This document shows positions 21,520 through 32,126 of a stretch of 64,000 bases of DNA, piece after piece (the stretch's first letter is position 1; every line of letters begins with the position of its first letter). The notes under the pieces are model-generated. The model saw only the letters and a program-made list of their open reading frames with translations, searched no databases and was not told the origin of the DNA. The DNA is from Bdellovibrionales bacterium (GTDB lineage Bacteria; Bdellovibrionota; Bdellovibrionia; Bdellovibrionales; Bdellovibrionaceae), in NCBI GenBank assembly GCA_031370005.1, contig JANMPT010000077.1:83246-147245 (forward strand). The letters are read 5' to 3'. The translations under genes and the position numbers were made by a program.

Positions 21520-23064
21520 GTGCTTGCTAGCTTTTGGAAACAATCCAATACTTTACAAAAAGTTTTTATACTTTTTGGTTTGAGTATTTTATTTCGTATA
21601 TTTTTCATATCCTTTGTAGGTCTTGCCGACGACGAAGCTTATCACTGGAGTTGGACAAAAAACCTTTCCCTTTCCTATTATGATCACCCAGGAATGATTG
21701 CCTGGCTTGAGGCCGCAAGCACGTCTTTCCTTGGTGATACTCGCTGGGGTATTCGGCTTCCATCTTTTCTTTGTTATCTTGCGACCGCTCTTCTGGGCTG
21801 GAAACTCGCCCGTGATGTCTTTGGCATTTGGGCTGCTAACTTTACTATATTCTTAATGCTATGGACTCCACTCTGGGGCTTTGGCGGCTATGTCGCTTCG
21901 CCAGAAACTCCTTTCATGCTTTGCTGGGTGGCAGGCGCTTACGTTTTCTGGCAAAGCGTACGGGAAGACGACAAGCAGTGGCCCTTAAAAAAGAGCTGGC
22001 TATATCTCGGTGTCATTATGGGCCTGGGGCTGAATTCGAAATTTATTATTGCGCTACTGGCTCCAGGTTTTGGGCTTTACCTGTTAATGACGCCAAAACG
22101 CCGCAAAGATTTACTATCTAAATGGCCGTGGATCGGACTGCTCATTGCAACTTTAATTTGTCTGCCGATCTTTATTTGGAACCTGCATTATGACTGGCCA
22201 GGTTTTAAATATCAATTCCATGAACGCCATACGACCACAGAGTTTAACCTCGGTCGATGGCTTGAGTTTTTCACAGCACAGATTTTATTTTATACACCCG
22301 TGGCCTATGGCCTGATGCTTTTTACTTTTGGTTACTCTTTTATTCACCGCCAAGATACTCGCTGGCGCTGGCTCTTCTATATGACTGCACCGAGCATTTT
22401 ATTGTTCTATGCCCAACCATTATGGGCCGAATACAAGCCGCACTGGAGTGGTCCCGCTTTTTTCTTTTTAGCTATGGGGGCCGGAGCAATTTGGTCTGAA
22501 GGAATCCATTTCCATGGCAAAGAGCAGCTCAAGGCCTTCAATAGAAAAATTACTTGGGGAATTTTGGGATTTATCATCACCATGAACTTGATAATCTACT
22601 TACCATTCGTCTACCCGTGGATTCCTAGAGTCCACCGACTCTTGAGTCCGAATACTCAGTGGCAACCGAAATGGGATCTTAGCAATGAGTTTACTGGTTG
22701 GCCAGAACTTGGAAACTATGTGAACCGCCGCCAGCGAGAAATTCACGCTGATAGCGATAAAAGACCTTTCCTTGCAAGCAACCGCTACGAGGTCACAGCG
22801 CAGACTTACTTTGGAACAAAGCAAAAAGTATATATGCTAAGTAAAACCAAAAGCCAGTATACTGTAACTCAATCTCCACAAGAGATAGAAACTCTTCTGG
22901 GCTCCACTGCTTTGTTTGTAACCACCGATAAGTATCCTACTGATCCCATGGAGTGGGCTAAGTTCGATATCTGTAAGCCAGAGGAGTTAAAAACCTATCG
23001 CCACCAGGAGGTGGCGAGGATTTTCACAGTTTGGACTTGCACAAATTTTCAAGGAATTAAGTAA
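21520..23064 (+). CDS. ArnT/GT39-like membrane glycosyltransferase
   Basis: DDEAYHW, YYDHPG, GLNSK motifs; multiple TM segments. Confidence 0.85.
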   Translation: MLASFWKQSNTLQKVFILFGLSILFRIFFISFVGLADDEAYHWSWTKNLSLSYYDHPGMIAWLEAASTSFLGDTRWGIRLPSFLCYLATALLGWKLARDVFGIWAANFTIFLMLWTPLWGFGGYVASPETPFMLCWVAGAYVFWQSVREDDKQWPLKKSWLYLGVIMGLGLNSKFIIALLAPGFGLYLLMTPKRRKDLLSKWPWIGLLIATLICLPIFIWNLHYDWPGFKYQFHERHTTTEFNLGRWLEFFTAQILFYTPVAYGLMLFTFGYSFIHRQDTRWRWLFYMTAPSILLFYAQPLWAEYKPHWSGPAFFFLAMGAGAIWSEGIHFHGKEQLKAFNRKITWGILGFIITMNLIIYLPFVYPWIPRVHRLLSPNTQWQPKWDLSNEFTGWPELGNYVNRRQREIHADSDKRPFLASNRYEVTAQTYFGTKQKVYMLSKTKSQYTVTQSPQEIETLLGSTALFVTTDKYPTDPMEWAKFDICKPEELKTYRHQEVARIFTVWTCTNFQGIK

Positions 23065-23628
23065 CTAATTATGACGATTGCCGCTGCCGCAATAAACCTT
23101 ACCATTCAACTCCACATAGCCATCTGTTCGATTTTGGCGTGGATCGTAATGTAGCCAATGAAGAAGTGCTCCTTGGTTTGTCCATATAAATTGGCCACCC
23201 ATGGAGACCTTGTCACCTATTTGCAAAGGAACACGCTCACACATATCTATATTGTAAACGGCCTCCATAGTCGCACCATTTGAAAGGCGAACTATCCACT
23301 TCTGGTGTTGTAGACCACTGGTATCATCTGGAAGAAGCTGGATGACAACCATTCCAGAGCCTTCAACGAAATCTAGGCGGCGCTTTGCTTGAATTGCGCT
23401 AACTATTTTAGAATCCCCAGCTGATACTTGTGGGTCACCCTGTTGATTTTCATCAGGATTACGATTTTTTTCTGGATAGTTATGTTTGTTACGGAAATCT
23501 TGATTGCCATTTTTATTACCTACAATATGGCTATGACTGCGACCGTATGGAGCAAATTCGCTGGCATTTGAATGGAAACAAGCTACAGAAAGAATAAGCC
23601 CTAATATTGATGCTAGTTTTTTAATCAT
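23065..23628 (-). CDS. DUF3465 secreted protein
   Basis: LLPDD...HQK, NID, LHWLH.DP...GY motifs; signal peptide. Confidence 0.8.
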   Translation of the reverse strand: MIKKLASILGLILSVACFHSNASEFAPYGRSHSHIVGNKNGNQDFRNKHNYPEKNRNPDENQQGDPQVSAGDSKIVSAIQAKRRLDFVEGSGMVVIQLLPDDTSGLQHQKWIVRLSNGATMEAVYNIDMCERVPLQIGDKVSMGGQFIWTNQGALLHWLHYDPRQNRTDGYVELNGKVYCGSGNRHN

Positions 23629-23876
23629 AAATCCCCCCAGATTTTTGTGGCTCGACTTTCCTTGATAGGCCTGCTTTTTTCAACAGTAAAAATTTAATGA
23701 ATATAAAAATGCTTAAAACACATTATGTTTAACATGGCGCGCCTGAGGACTGTAAATATTGCAATATCTTGCTTGATATTTCCAATAAAAATCATAGTCT
23801 AGTCCAGATTAGTAAATTTTAAAAAGAATGGCCATGGTGGCTTTTCTTTAAAAACAAAAAAACTGAGGAGAAAACA

Positions 23877-24125
23877 ATGAAAATGATCCTTTCCGCGATG
23901 CTTACTTTGTCTGCTGTTGCAGCTTTTGCTAACCCAACAACTGCTCCAGCTCATGGCACAACAGCACCAGCTGCTATGCATGAAACTGCTCCAACTATGG
24001 CTAACGAAGAAGCTAAAGCTATGACTAAAGTTATGACTAAAGAAGAAGCAGAAAAAGCTTGCGCAAAAGAAGCTAACAAAGAAGCTTGCGTTAAAAAGCA
24101 CATGAGCCATAAAAAGAAAATGTAA
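23877..24125 (+). CDS. Small secreted protein
   Basis: GAGGAG RBS, signal peptide AFA, Ala/Thr-rich with two Cys; followed by a terminator. Confidence 0.75.
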   Translation: MKMILSAMLTLSAVAAFANPTTAPAHGTTAPAAMHETAPTMANEEAKAMTKVMTKEEAEKACAKEANKEACVKKHMSHKKKM

Positions 24126-24195
24126 TTTTATAAGCCTTGAAGGCGATTGCCCCAAAAGGGAATCTCTGGATTCGCTAAATAAATTAGATTTTTCT

Positions 24196-24225
24196 AAAAA
24201 AGCCACTCAACAGAGTGGCTTTTTT
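24196..24225. terminator. Bidirectional intrinsic terminator
   Basis: AAAAAAGCCACTC-aaca-GAGTGGCTTTTTT hairpin between convergent genes. Confidence 0.85.
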
Positions 24226-24265
24226 ACTTCAGCAGCCTGCAGAAAAAATATGCCGACACAAAAAC

Positions 24266-24742
24266 TTACTTGTACTGAATTTCTTCGATGGTGACACGTT
24301 CTTCGCCCTTCGGCTTATGAATTATTACTTCATCGCCGACTCTTTTTCCTAGGAGCGCTCGAGCCAGGGGGGATTTCCAAGAGACTTTGCCAAGTTTAAT
24401 TTCAAATTCGTCCTCGCCCACAACTTGGTAAGTCATCTCTTGTCCATCTTCATTTACAATTTTCACCGTCGCACCAAAAACCACAGTCAAAGATTTCACT
24501 GTTTTTGGATCAATAACCTCAGCTTTGTCGATTCTTTGAATCAAAAAATGAACACGCCTATCGATTTCACGAAGACGCTTTTTACCGTATTGATAGTCCG
24601 CGTTCTCAGAACGATCGCCATTGCCGGCCGCCCAGGTTACGACTTCGACCACCTTCGGACGCTCGACGTGCATCAACTCATGGTACTCGGCCTTGAGCTT
24701 TTGAATGCCCAACGGAGTTATATAATTTTTTGATTGATCCAT
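24266..24742 (-). CDS. greB: Transcription elongation factor GreB
   Basis: WAAGNGDRSENADYQYGKKRLREIDRR, SWKSPLARAL. Confidence 0.95.
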   Translation of the reverse strand: MDQSKNYITPLGIQKLKAEYHELMHVERPKVVEVVTWAAGNGDRSENADYQYGKKRLREIDRRVHFLIQRIDKAEVIDPKTVKSLTVVFGATVKIVNEDGQEMTYQVVGEDEFEIKLGKVSWKSPLARALLGKRVGDEVIIHKPKGEERVTIEEIQYK

Positions 24743-24744
24743 AT

Positions 24745-25905
24745 TTAGCCTAAAGCAGTAATGCTTTGCTGAGCAGAAATTTCTTCAGCAGTGGGCCTCG
24801 CGGTTTCACTCAAAGAAATATCTTGAAGCTCCGACATCAACTCATTAACACTCATGATGCGATCAATCCGATGAGCGTTGGCACCTACTGTATAAAGATT
24901 TTTTTCATTCTGGTTGTTAAGATCAATGGAAGCCAAAAGGCCGTTGCAAATACAAAAAGTCTTTTCGTTCTCATATTTAGAAGGACAATGACCTTTATTC
25001 AACAAATAACCCTTATCACACTTAGGCGCTCGCTCACGAGCCAAGGCTTGTTGATAAAAAGGAGACTGTTTGATCACGTGGAAAAGCATTCCACACGGCG
25101 ATCCCGGTCTACTGGCAAGCTCGATATCATCTTCCTTACATTCAACCAACATTTTTTTGTATTCTGTATTTGCACCAGACTCATGTGTTGCGAGAAACCG
25201 AGTTCCCATTTGTACGCCAGCGCAACCCTTATCGATATATTTTAAAATATCCTGGTGTGTATAAATACCGCCAGCAGCAATTACCGGAATATTCCCCCAG
25301 TCTTTAACAACAGCAAGGACCTCATTAATTAAATTATCGAGGTGATTTTCTGGAGCCAAGGCCTCTTCAATCTTTTTCCAAGCAATATGACCACCAGCTC
25401 TGGGCCCTTCTACGACCACGGCGTCTGGCATACGGCCAGTGCGTTTCCAACGCTTAAAAATAATTTCCATCGCGCGCCCTGAAGAAACGATCGGAACCAG
25501 GGCCACCTCATTGTGCCTTTCATGCCGAAGAGCAATTTCTGGCAGCGCCATTGGCAGACCTGCACCGCTGATAATGGCATCAACGCCCCCGTCCATAGAG
25601 CCTAAAACAGAATCCTCGTATTGATTGATAACAGCCACCATAATGTTCATACCAATTGCGCCGCCCTTGCCAATAATTTTAGCATCGCGCACGTCCTGAG
25701 CTGCGGCCTCACGAGCCTTGAATTTCCTACCGTGACGGTGAGCAAGAATCCGATCAAGGCCAGCACTAGATAAAACGCCTAAGCCACCTTCGCGAGCCAC
25801 TGCCCCAGCCAAAGTATAGCTTGATAAACCAATACCCATCCCGCCCTGTACAATTGGAACACGGATTTCAGTATTTCTTAGCATCATCGGTGCCATTTTT
25901 GTCAT
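24745..25905 (-). CDS. Nitronate monooxygenase / FabK-like flavin oxidoreductase
   Basis: PIVQGGMG, VVEGPRAGGH, IAAGGI, VQMGTRF. Confidence 0.85.
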   Translation of the reverse strand: MTKMAPMMLRNTEIRVPIVQGGMGIGLSSYTLAGAVAREGGLGVLSSAGLDRILAHRHGRKFKAREAAAQDVRDAKIIGKGGAIGMNIMVAVINQYEDSVLGSMDGGVDAIISGAGLPMALPEIALRHERHNEVALVPIVSSGRAMEIIFKRWKRTGRMPDAVVVEGPRAGGHIAWKKIEEALAPENHLDNLINEVLAVVKDWGNIPVIAAGGIYTHQDILKYIDKGCAGVQMGTRFLATHESGANTEYKKMLVECKEDDIELASRPGSPCGMLFHVIKQSPFYQQALARERAPKCDKGYLLNKGHCPSKYENEKTFCICNGLLASIDLNNQNEKNLYTVGANAHRIDRIMSVNELMSELQDISLSETARPTAEEISAQQSITALG

Positions 25906-26120
25906 CAGCTTCCCCTTTATTCGAGCGCTCAATTAATCGGATGAAACAATAGCTTAAGTATTATAACTTAGTATAGGGAAAATCCCCACTCTGTCATATC
26001 ATGTTTTACCTAGACTTTGATCCACAAAGTCACCCAGGAGCCCCTAGCCTATAGCCCTTAGTCTAAGTATCCTAAACTATTACTCTATTTAAGCCGAAAT
26101 ATTCAGTTAGGAGGTCTCAT

Positions 26121-27965
26121 ATGAGATCGCATTGGAAACGTACGTTATGGGCTGCTATGCTATCGAGCCTCTGTTTGATTGCAACATTTACGTGGTACAA
26201 TCTTACAAAAAGTAAGCTTCACGAGAATGACACTGAAAAGCCCCTTGCCTATGTTGGTAAAACTAATGATGAAATTCAGCGACGCCCGGTAACTCGCCTG
26301 CTCTGGCAGCAGGTAAGCACTGGAGATCCTTTGTTCAATGGCGAGGCCATTCGTACATCTGAAAATGGCGAAGTGCGCATTCAATTTGCAGACTCCAGCC
26401 GATATTTAGATTTAGAACCTGAATCCTTGATCGTGATCCAACAAAACAAAGGCGAAATCGCCTTGGACTTGATGGAAGGTAGCCTCTTCGTCGCTGCTGG
26501 AAAAACAGGAGCAGAGTCCGATGGAACGGCTTTGGTATTAAACTCGGCCTCCGGCAAAGTTGATCTAAGTAAAGCCTCTGCAAGTCTTTCTAAAACTAGC
26601 GCTCATCAAGTCGATGTCCAAGTCTTAGAGGGCTCTGCTTCCATCAAAGATAAAAGTGGTAATGACAAAGTTCTTACTTCTGGTAGCACGGGAGCTTTTG
26701 GAGCAAATGGCTCCCAATTTAACAAAGCCGAGCTACAAATCATTTCTCCGATTCTTGGCAAAGTGGCATATGTTGATGCTGACGATAAAGAAAATCTGAC
26801 CTTTAAATGGAAAGGCTTTCCAGGAGGGCTCAAAGTTTCTCTCTATGTTGGCCTTAGTCGTAAAGATATGAAGGAGTGGACAAATGTCAGCGTTCTTGGA
26901 GAAAACTCTTTTAAAACTGCACTCCCATTAGGGAAGCCTTATTGGAAATTAGTGGCCAAGGATCCTCAAAACAACAAAACTCTTGTTGAAAGTTCTATTT
27001 ATCGCACTGAAATACAAGCTCGCTATGCGCCTACCATGATATTTCCCTTGGTGGATGCAAAAATTCCTATCAACAAAACTTCTTCTGATATGACCTTTAA
27101 ATGGCAAAAAGGCGATGAGACATCTCATGTTGTCCTTGAGATTGCAAAAGATCCCTCATTGAAACAAAAAGTGGCAACTAAAAACTTTACCACCGAAGAC
27201 TCCTTTACCCTGCCTGCGCTGACTGAGGGTGAATACTATTGGCGCATGAGTTCATATTTTGAAGGCTCTGAGAAGCCAATTATTGGAAATGTACAGAAAT
27301 TCACAGTAACAAAACTTGAAGAAAAATCGATTCAAAAAGATCCGGTGGCAATTTCATGGACCGTTCCAGAAGACAAGATTCAGTTTTACTTAGAAAGCCC
27401 CAAACTGGGTCTTTCCTGGAGTGTCAATCGCCCTGCAGACGTTGCTTCTTGGCGCTTAAAATATTTTGAGGAGGGCGCTGATCCCTCTAAAGTACAGACT
27501 CTCGAGGTGAAGGACACCAAAGCCGAGACCACGGTTGAAAAGTCAGGTCGCTATATTGCCTCACTAGAAGCTATAGACAAAGAGGGAAATGTCATCGGCA
27601 CCTCTGCTCATCGAAAAATTGCAGTGGCTCCACTGCCATTATTGCCGCCTCCAAAACTTTTGCCCCTAGATGGGATTTTATCGGCTCAAGCTGATGGCCG
27701 CACAGAGCTTCAATGGGAAAAAATCGACGGGGCCAAAGAGTATATACTCACAATCTCAAACAAAGAAGGCAAGGAACTTAAATCTTTGAGATATGCAAGC
27801 AACCAAACTGCTTTGAAAAATTTAATGCCCGGTGAGTACCAACTCACCCTTACTGCCATAGATCAATATGGGCGAAGCAGTGATGGCAGAACGACTCGAA
27901 GTCTAGTCGTGCCAGATAAAAGCAACCTAAAGGCACCCACTCTTAAAAAGATTAAGGTTAATTAA
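26121..27965 (+). CDS. FecR-domain protein with Fn3/Ig-like repeats
   Basis: N-terminal TM, FecR-like GEAIRT...LDLEPES, repeated W-containing beta domains. Confidence 0.7.
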   Translation: MRSHWKRTLWAAMLSSLCLIATFTWYNLTKSKLHENDTEKPLAYVGKTNDEIQRRPVTRLLWQQVSTGDPLFNGEAIRTSENGEVRIQFADSSRYLDLEPESLIVIQQNKGEIALDLMEGSLFVAAGKTGAESDGTALVLNSASGKVDLSKASASLSKTSAHQVDVQVLEGSASIKDKSGNDKVLTSGSTGAFGANGSQFNKAELQIISPILGKVAYVDADDKENLTFKWKGFPGGLKVSLYVGLSRKDMKEWTNVSVLGENSFKTALPLGKPYWKLVAKDPQNNKTLVESSIYRTEIQARYAPTMIFPLVDAKIPINKTSSDMTFKWQKGDETSHVVLEIAKDPSLKQKVATKNFTTEDSFTLPALTEGEYYWRMSSYFEGSEKPIIGNVQKFTVTKLEEKSIQKDPVAISWTVPEDKIQFYLESPKLGLSWSVNRPADVASWRLKYFEEGADPSKVQTLEVKDTKAETTVEKSGRYIASLEAIDKEGNVIGTSAHRKIAVAPLPLLPPPKLLPLDGILSAQADGRTELQWEKIDGAKEYILTISNKEGKELKSLRYASNQTALKNLMPGEYQLTLTAIDQYGRSSDGRTTRSLVVPDKSNLKAPTLKKIKVN

Positions 27966-29587
27966 TGCGTTTATTGCTCGGGATCATTTTCACACTCACA
28001 CTTCCAGCCAGCGCCTCTGTCGCCTTGGCGGCGACTTACCGTCGCGAAGTCAGTTTTGAGTGGGAAGAAGTTCCTGGTGCAAAAACATATGACGTCGAAA
28101 TTCGTTCAGCTAACAAAGAAGGCTCTAGCAAAGCCCTGACCTTTAAAACAAAAAAAGCTGTATGGACCGGAAAACTTGTTCCCGGAAAATATGTTATGTC
28201 GCTACGTTCAAGAGATGCCCGAGGTGTCCCGGGTGAATGGAGCCCCCCAAGTGAATTCGACGTGCACTTGGACTCGGTCAAAGCAAAATACCCGGTGGCA
28301 CAAGAACAAATCAAAGCCAATGATGAACAAAAGATTTTTCAAAAGTTTGAATGGGAGCCCGTTCATGGTGCCAATGAGTATCGCTTTGAGCTTTCATCAG
28401 AAGATGGAAAAACTCAAGTGGTTGAAAATATCAAAGGGCTCAGCTACGCCGTGAAAATTCCAGTAGCCCATGATTATACATGGAAGGTCACAGGCCTGGG
28501 GCCCAACTCCGTTCAAAGTGACTCCTCCCTGGCCGCAGGCTTTTCGGTGATTGGCAAGAAGATCAATGCGCCAAAAATAACAACGCCTGAAACTGAATTT
28601 GTTCGGGAAATAAAATGGTCAAGACCCGACAACGCGGAGAAATATAATCTTGCCCTGAATCGCCTTAATCCGCAGACTAAAAAATGGGAAAAAGTCCTCA
28701 CTCAAGAAAATATCCAAAGCGATAGCTTCAACTTTGACTCAAATCACCCAGGTGGCACCTATAGTTTGCAGGTTAAAGCCACAGGACATATGCGTGATGA
28801 TTCAGATTCCTCTAAAATTTATTTCAAAGTTATTAATGGCAATCGCTCACCAGCTGCTGAATATACGGCTCTAGTTAGAAAATCAATTGATCGCTTAACG
28901 GGCTGGTATGGCGTAGCCAGTTATTTGGTTACACAAATCAACTATCATGGCGAAACTCCAGAGACTGGAGGCCTAACAACCACGACCGCTCTTGGTGGAA
29001 CTGGCCGTGTGGGCGCTGGTTTTTTTAGTGCCAATAGCAAGTGGGGCCTCCTCGGTATAGTCGACATGAGTGGCTTCGTTATTTCTGGCAACAACTATAC
29101 TTACTCCTCTGTCGAAGTTAGCGGAATTTCACGCCACATCATAGGAGACCTCGGGGAAGGCCGACTTATAGCTGGAATCTATTATAAAGAATTTCCACAG
29201 TTATTTGGTGTGCCAAGTCTGACAAATAGTGGCCAAGTCAGCTTCTTTCAATCCGCCGTTGTGGGCCCCCATGTAGGAGCCGAGTACTGGCATTCATTGT
29301 CTCCGAAGCTGGGTTTTCAAGCAAATGCCCATTTGTACTATAGCCTTTTGACGATGAATTCTCCGAATGGAAATAACGTTGAGCCGCGCATATCCTATCA
29401 ACTTGGACTTATGGGAAGTTATCGCTTCAACAATCGTTTAACAGGCCTAATGGGCCTCACACAACGTATGGATCAAATTGCCTATCGTGCAAATAAAACC
29501 GGAGCACCCATTGAGGGGTCGGGAAATTACGACGACAGCCGTATTACAGGACAATATTTAAGTTTTTACGCAGAATATGGATTTTAG
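27965..29587 (+). CDS. Secreted Fn3-repeat protein with probable C-terminal outer-membrane beta-barrel
   Basis: Signal peptide, FEWEEVPGA/GEWS Fn3 motifs, amphipathic beta C-terminus ending YAEYGF. Confidence 0.6.
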   Translation: MRLLLGIIFTLTLPASASVALAATYRREVSFEWEEVPGAKTYDVEIRSANKEGSSKALTFKTKKAVWTGKLVPGKYVMSLRSRDARGVPGEWSPPSEFDVHLDSVKAKYPVAQEQIKANDEQKIFQKFEWEPVHGANEYRFELSSEDGKTQVVENIKGLSYAVKIPVAHDYTWKVTGLGPNSVQSDSSLAAGFSVIGKKINAPKITTPETEFVREIKWSRPDNAEKYNLALNRLNPQTKKWEKVLTQENIQSDSFNFDSNHPGGTYSLQVKATGHMRDDSDSSKIYFKVINGNRSPAAEYTALVRKSIDRLTGWYGVASYLVTQINYHGETPETGGLTTTTALGGTGRVGAGFFSANSKWGLLGIVDMSGFVISGNNYTYSSVEVSGISRHIIGDLGEGRLIAGIYYKEFPQLFGVPSLTNSGQVSFFQSAVVGPHVGAEYWHSLSPKLGFQANAHLYYSLLTMNSPNGNNVEPRISYQLGLMGSYRFNNRLTGLMGLTQRMDQIAYRANKTGAPIEGSGNYDDSRITGQYLSFYAEYGF

Positions 29588-29590
29588 GAG

Positions 29591-31432
29591 ATGATGCAAA
29601 TGAGAATACCGATTTCTACTAAACTAGTAATACTAACGGTCTTGGTTCTTCTTGCTGCGACAATACCAATCGCACTTCGAACTTCACAAATCTTTGCGAA
29701 GAGCTCGCTTCAAAGAGAGGAATATAGCAATCAAGCATTCGCGGCCTCCCGGGCGACCGAGGTCGAGAATATTCTTTCATCCATCGTCGATAAATCTAAA
29801 ACTTCCGCTTCGATTCTTTATAAAAGCGTCACGAATCCATCGATCATTTCTAATGATGAGTTCGAAATGAACTTTTTAAAAGACAAACGTTTTATTTCGA
29901 TGGAAATTTTAAAACTTCAAGGGACGACAGTGCAGCTTCTAACTCGTCGAACGAAAGACGACTTTTTAAAAACAACATTTCATGTGGGGCCGGATTATAT
30001 GAGTCGAGTGAGGGATCAACAAAAGTTCCCGATCCGCTCGGTGGCCCAGGGTTCCGTGGAAATTCGCAATGCCTCTTTTACAAAAGGCCCCGCAATGTTT
30101 ACCATTGGGCTTCCGCTAGTAAAAGATCAACAGGGACGCATCACTCACGTGGCACTTGTTGACGTTGATCTTTCAGTTTTGCAAAAACCTTTTAATGCAA
30201 AATCAGAAAGAACTTTCTATTTGATTGATCGCAACGGCGAGCTAATAGCCCATCAAGACGAACAAAAAGCCATTGCAAGATTGAATATGTCTTTTTATCC
30301 GCTAGTGAAAAAATCTATCAGCGAAGAGACTCCTCGTCGTCAAATGCGTTTTCAAGATCCAGACAACGGATCTTATTTGATTGGTGCTTATAATAAAACC
30401 TCTTTTGGCGTCACCGTGATATCACAAATTCCTGAAGAACTGGTTCTTGAGCCCGCACAGGATGCAAAACGACAAGCCTTCTTCATCACCGGCCTAGTTT
30501 TATCAGGTGCACTCTTCTTTATCTTCTTGTTCTCGATGACACTCACCTCTCCGATTGAAAAACTCGCCGGCCTTATCGAAATGGTCTCTAAAGGAAACTT
30601 CAATGTGAAGGCAACCTCACTAGTTAAATCCCACGACGAAGTGGGCGACTTGGCTATCGCCTTTGACCATATGACTGATGGCTTAAAAGAACGGGATAAG
30701 GTGAAAAATTTATTTAGCAAATTCCATGGATCATCGGTAGCAGAGGATTTGATCAATAAAGATATCGGCGTAGGGGGACAATCTAAAGAAGTCGTGGTGT
30801 TCTTTAGCGATATTCGTGGTTTTACTGCGTTCTCTGAAAACCGCAGTCCTGAACAAGTCGTCGCTATGCTCAATGAATACTTTGCCGTAATGGTGGGAAT
30901 CATCAATCGCCACGGAGGCGTCGTGGATAAATTTATTGGGGACGCCATCATGGCAATCTGGGGTGCTCCAAAAAGCTCTGCAGACGATCCTCGCATGGCA
31001 CTTCGTGCATGTATTGAAATGCGCAAGGGCCTTGCTGAGCTTAATGAAAAACGAATCCTGCGCAACGAACCACCTCTCATGATAGGCATGGGTTTGCATG
31101 CTGGAACTGCAATTTCTGGAACCATCGGGTCCGATGAACGTATGGAGTACACGGTGATCGGAAATACAGTAAATACAGCGTCGCGCATAGAGGCCTCAAC
31201 GAAAGCTTTCGGAGCTGATTTATTGGTCACTGATGACGTCATCTCGAAAGTCGGCGAAAGCTTTATTTTAGATTATGCTGGCGCAGCTGAGGTGAAAGGC
31301 CGCTCAGAGGCCATCAAGATGTACAAAGTTCGCGGTTATGTGGAAAATGGCGAACGCATTGAGGTTAAAACTCCTTATTCAGATTATGAAGCTGAGAGTG
31401 CTGATAAGGTAAAAATCAAGGGCGCTGCCTGA
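29591..31432 (+). CDS. Class III adenylate/guanylate cyclase with periplasmic sensor and HAMP
   Basis: FSDIRGFT, DKFIGDAIMA, YTVIGNTVNTASRIE. Confidence 0.92.
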   Translation: MMQMRIPISTKLVILTVLVLLAATIPIALRTSQIFAKSSLQREEYSNQAFAASRATEVENILSSIVDKSKTSASILYKSVTNPSIISNDEFEMNFLKDKRFISMEILKLQGTTVQLLTRRTKDDFLKTTFHVGPDYMSRVRDQQKFPIRSVAQGSVEIRNASFTKGPAMFTIGLPLVKDQQGRITHVALVDVDLSVLQKPFNAKSERTFYLIDRNGELIAHQDEQKAIARLNMSFYPLVKKSISEETPRRQMRFQDPDNGSYLIGAYNKTSFGVTVISQIPEELVLEPAQDAKRQAFFITGLVLSGALFFIFLFSMTLTSPIEKLAGLIEMVSKGNFNVKATSLVKSHDEVGDLAIAFDHMTDGLKERDKVKNLFSKFHGSSVAEDLINKDIGVGGQSKEVVVFFSDIRGFTAFSENRSPEQVVAMLNEYFAVMVGIINRHGGVVDKFIGDAIMAIWGAPKSSADDPRMALRACIEMRKGLAELNEKRILRNEPPLMIGMGLHAGTAISGTIGSDERMEYTVIGNTVNTASRIEASTKAFGADLLVTDDVISKVGESFILDYAGAAEVKGRSEAIKMYKVRGYVENGERIEVKTPYSDYEAESADKVKIKGAA

Positions 31433-31640
31433 TCCTCTGCTTGAGGGGCGTACCTTTCAGCTCATACCGGCGGCCGCAGTCAGAAGCACTGACGTAGATA
31501 TGGGCAGAAATTTTTCGTTTACATGAAACATCTTTTGTTCTTTTTTGTTTTTTAAGTGACAAGTTTGAAATAGTATCACGACTAGGTAACCTAAAGGTAA
31601 TATCACATTGCTGGACTTCGCTTTGTTTTGATGGTAGTTG

Positions 31641-32069
31641 ATGGCCATGAAAAAGTTTTCAGAAAATTCACCTCCCACTCAATTGCTCAAACCTAAAAAT
31701 ACTGTTTTGCAACAACAAGCAATCCTCGTTATTGACGATAGCCCCGATACACTCCTTCTCCAAAGAATTATGCTTGAGTCAGAAGGCTTTAAAGTATTCA
31801 CAGCACAAAGCGGCACGGAAGGACTTGCACTTCTTTCTAAAATTAAGCAACCAAATTTAATTCTTCTTGATATGCAGATGGGGGATATGACTGGGATTGA
31901 TTTTTTAAACATTCTCGAAAAAACAAGACCTGAAATCATTGAAATAGTTCCCGTCGTTTTTCTGACTGGAATGGATGAGGTTCCCAAAAGCAACGCAGTG
32001 GGATTCATCCGTAAGCCAGCAGACATGGATAAGTTTCTTTCAGCAGTACATGGCTTTATCGCTCAATAA
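31641..32069 (+). CDS. Single-domain response regulator
   Basis: IDDSPD, LLDMQM, RKP motifs. Confidence 0.85.
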   Translation: MAMKKFSENSPPTQLLKPKNTVLQQQAILVIDDSPDTLLLQRIMLESEGFKVFTAQSGTEGLALLSKIKQPNLILLDMQMGDMTGIDFLNILEKTRPEIIEIVPVVFLTGMDEVPKSNAVGFIRKPADMDKFLSAVHGFIAQ

Positions 32070-32126
32070 ACGTCATTAAACACGTTCCTGGTCGCACTCG
32101 CGTCCACAGAGCCAGAAGGTATTGCA

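Noticed and set aside
30388..31242. 284-aa antisense ORF within the cyclase gene, and similar shadow ORFs elsewhere
   Set aside because: Mirror-frame ORFs of well-supported genes with no recognisable motifs
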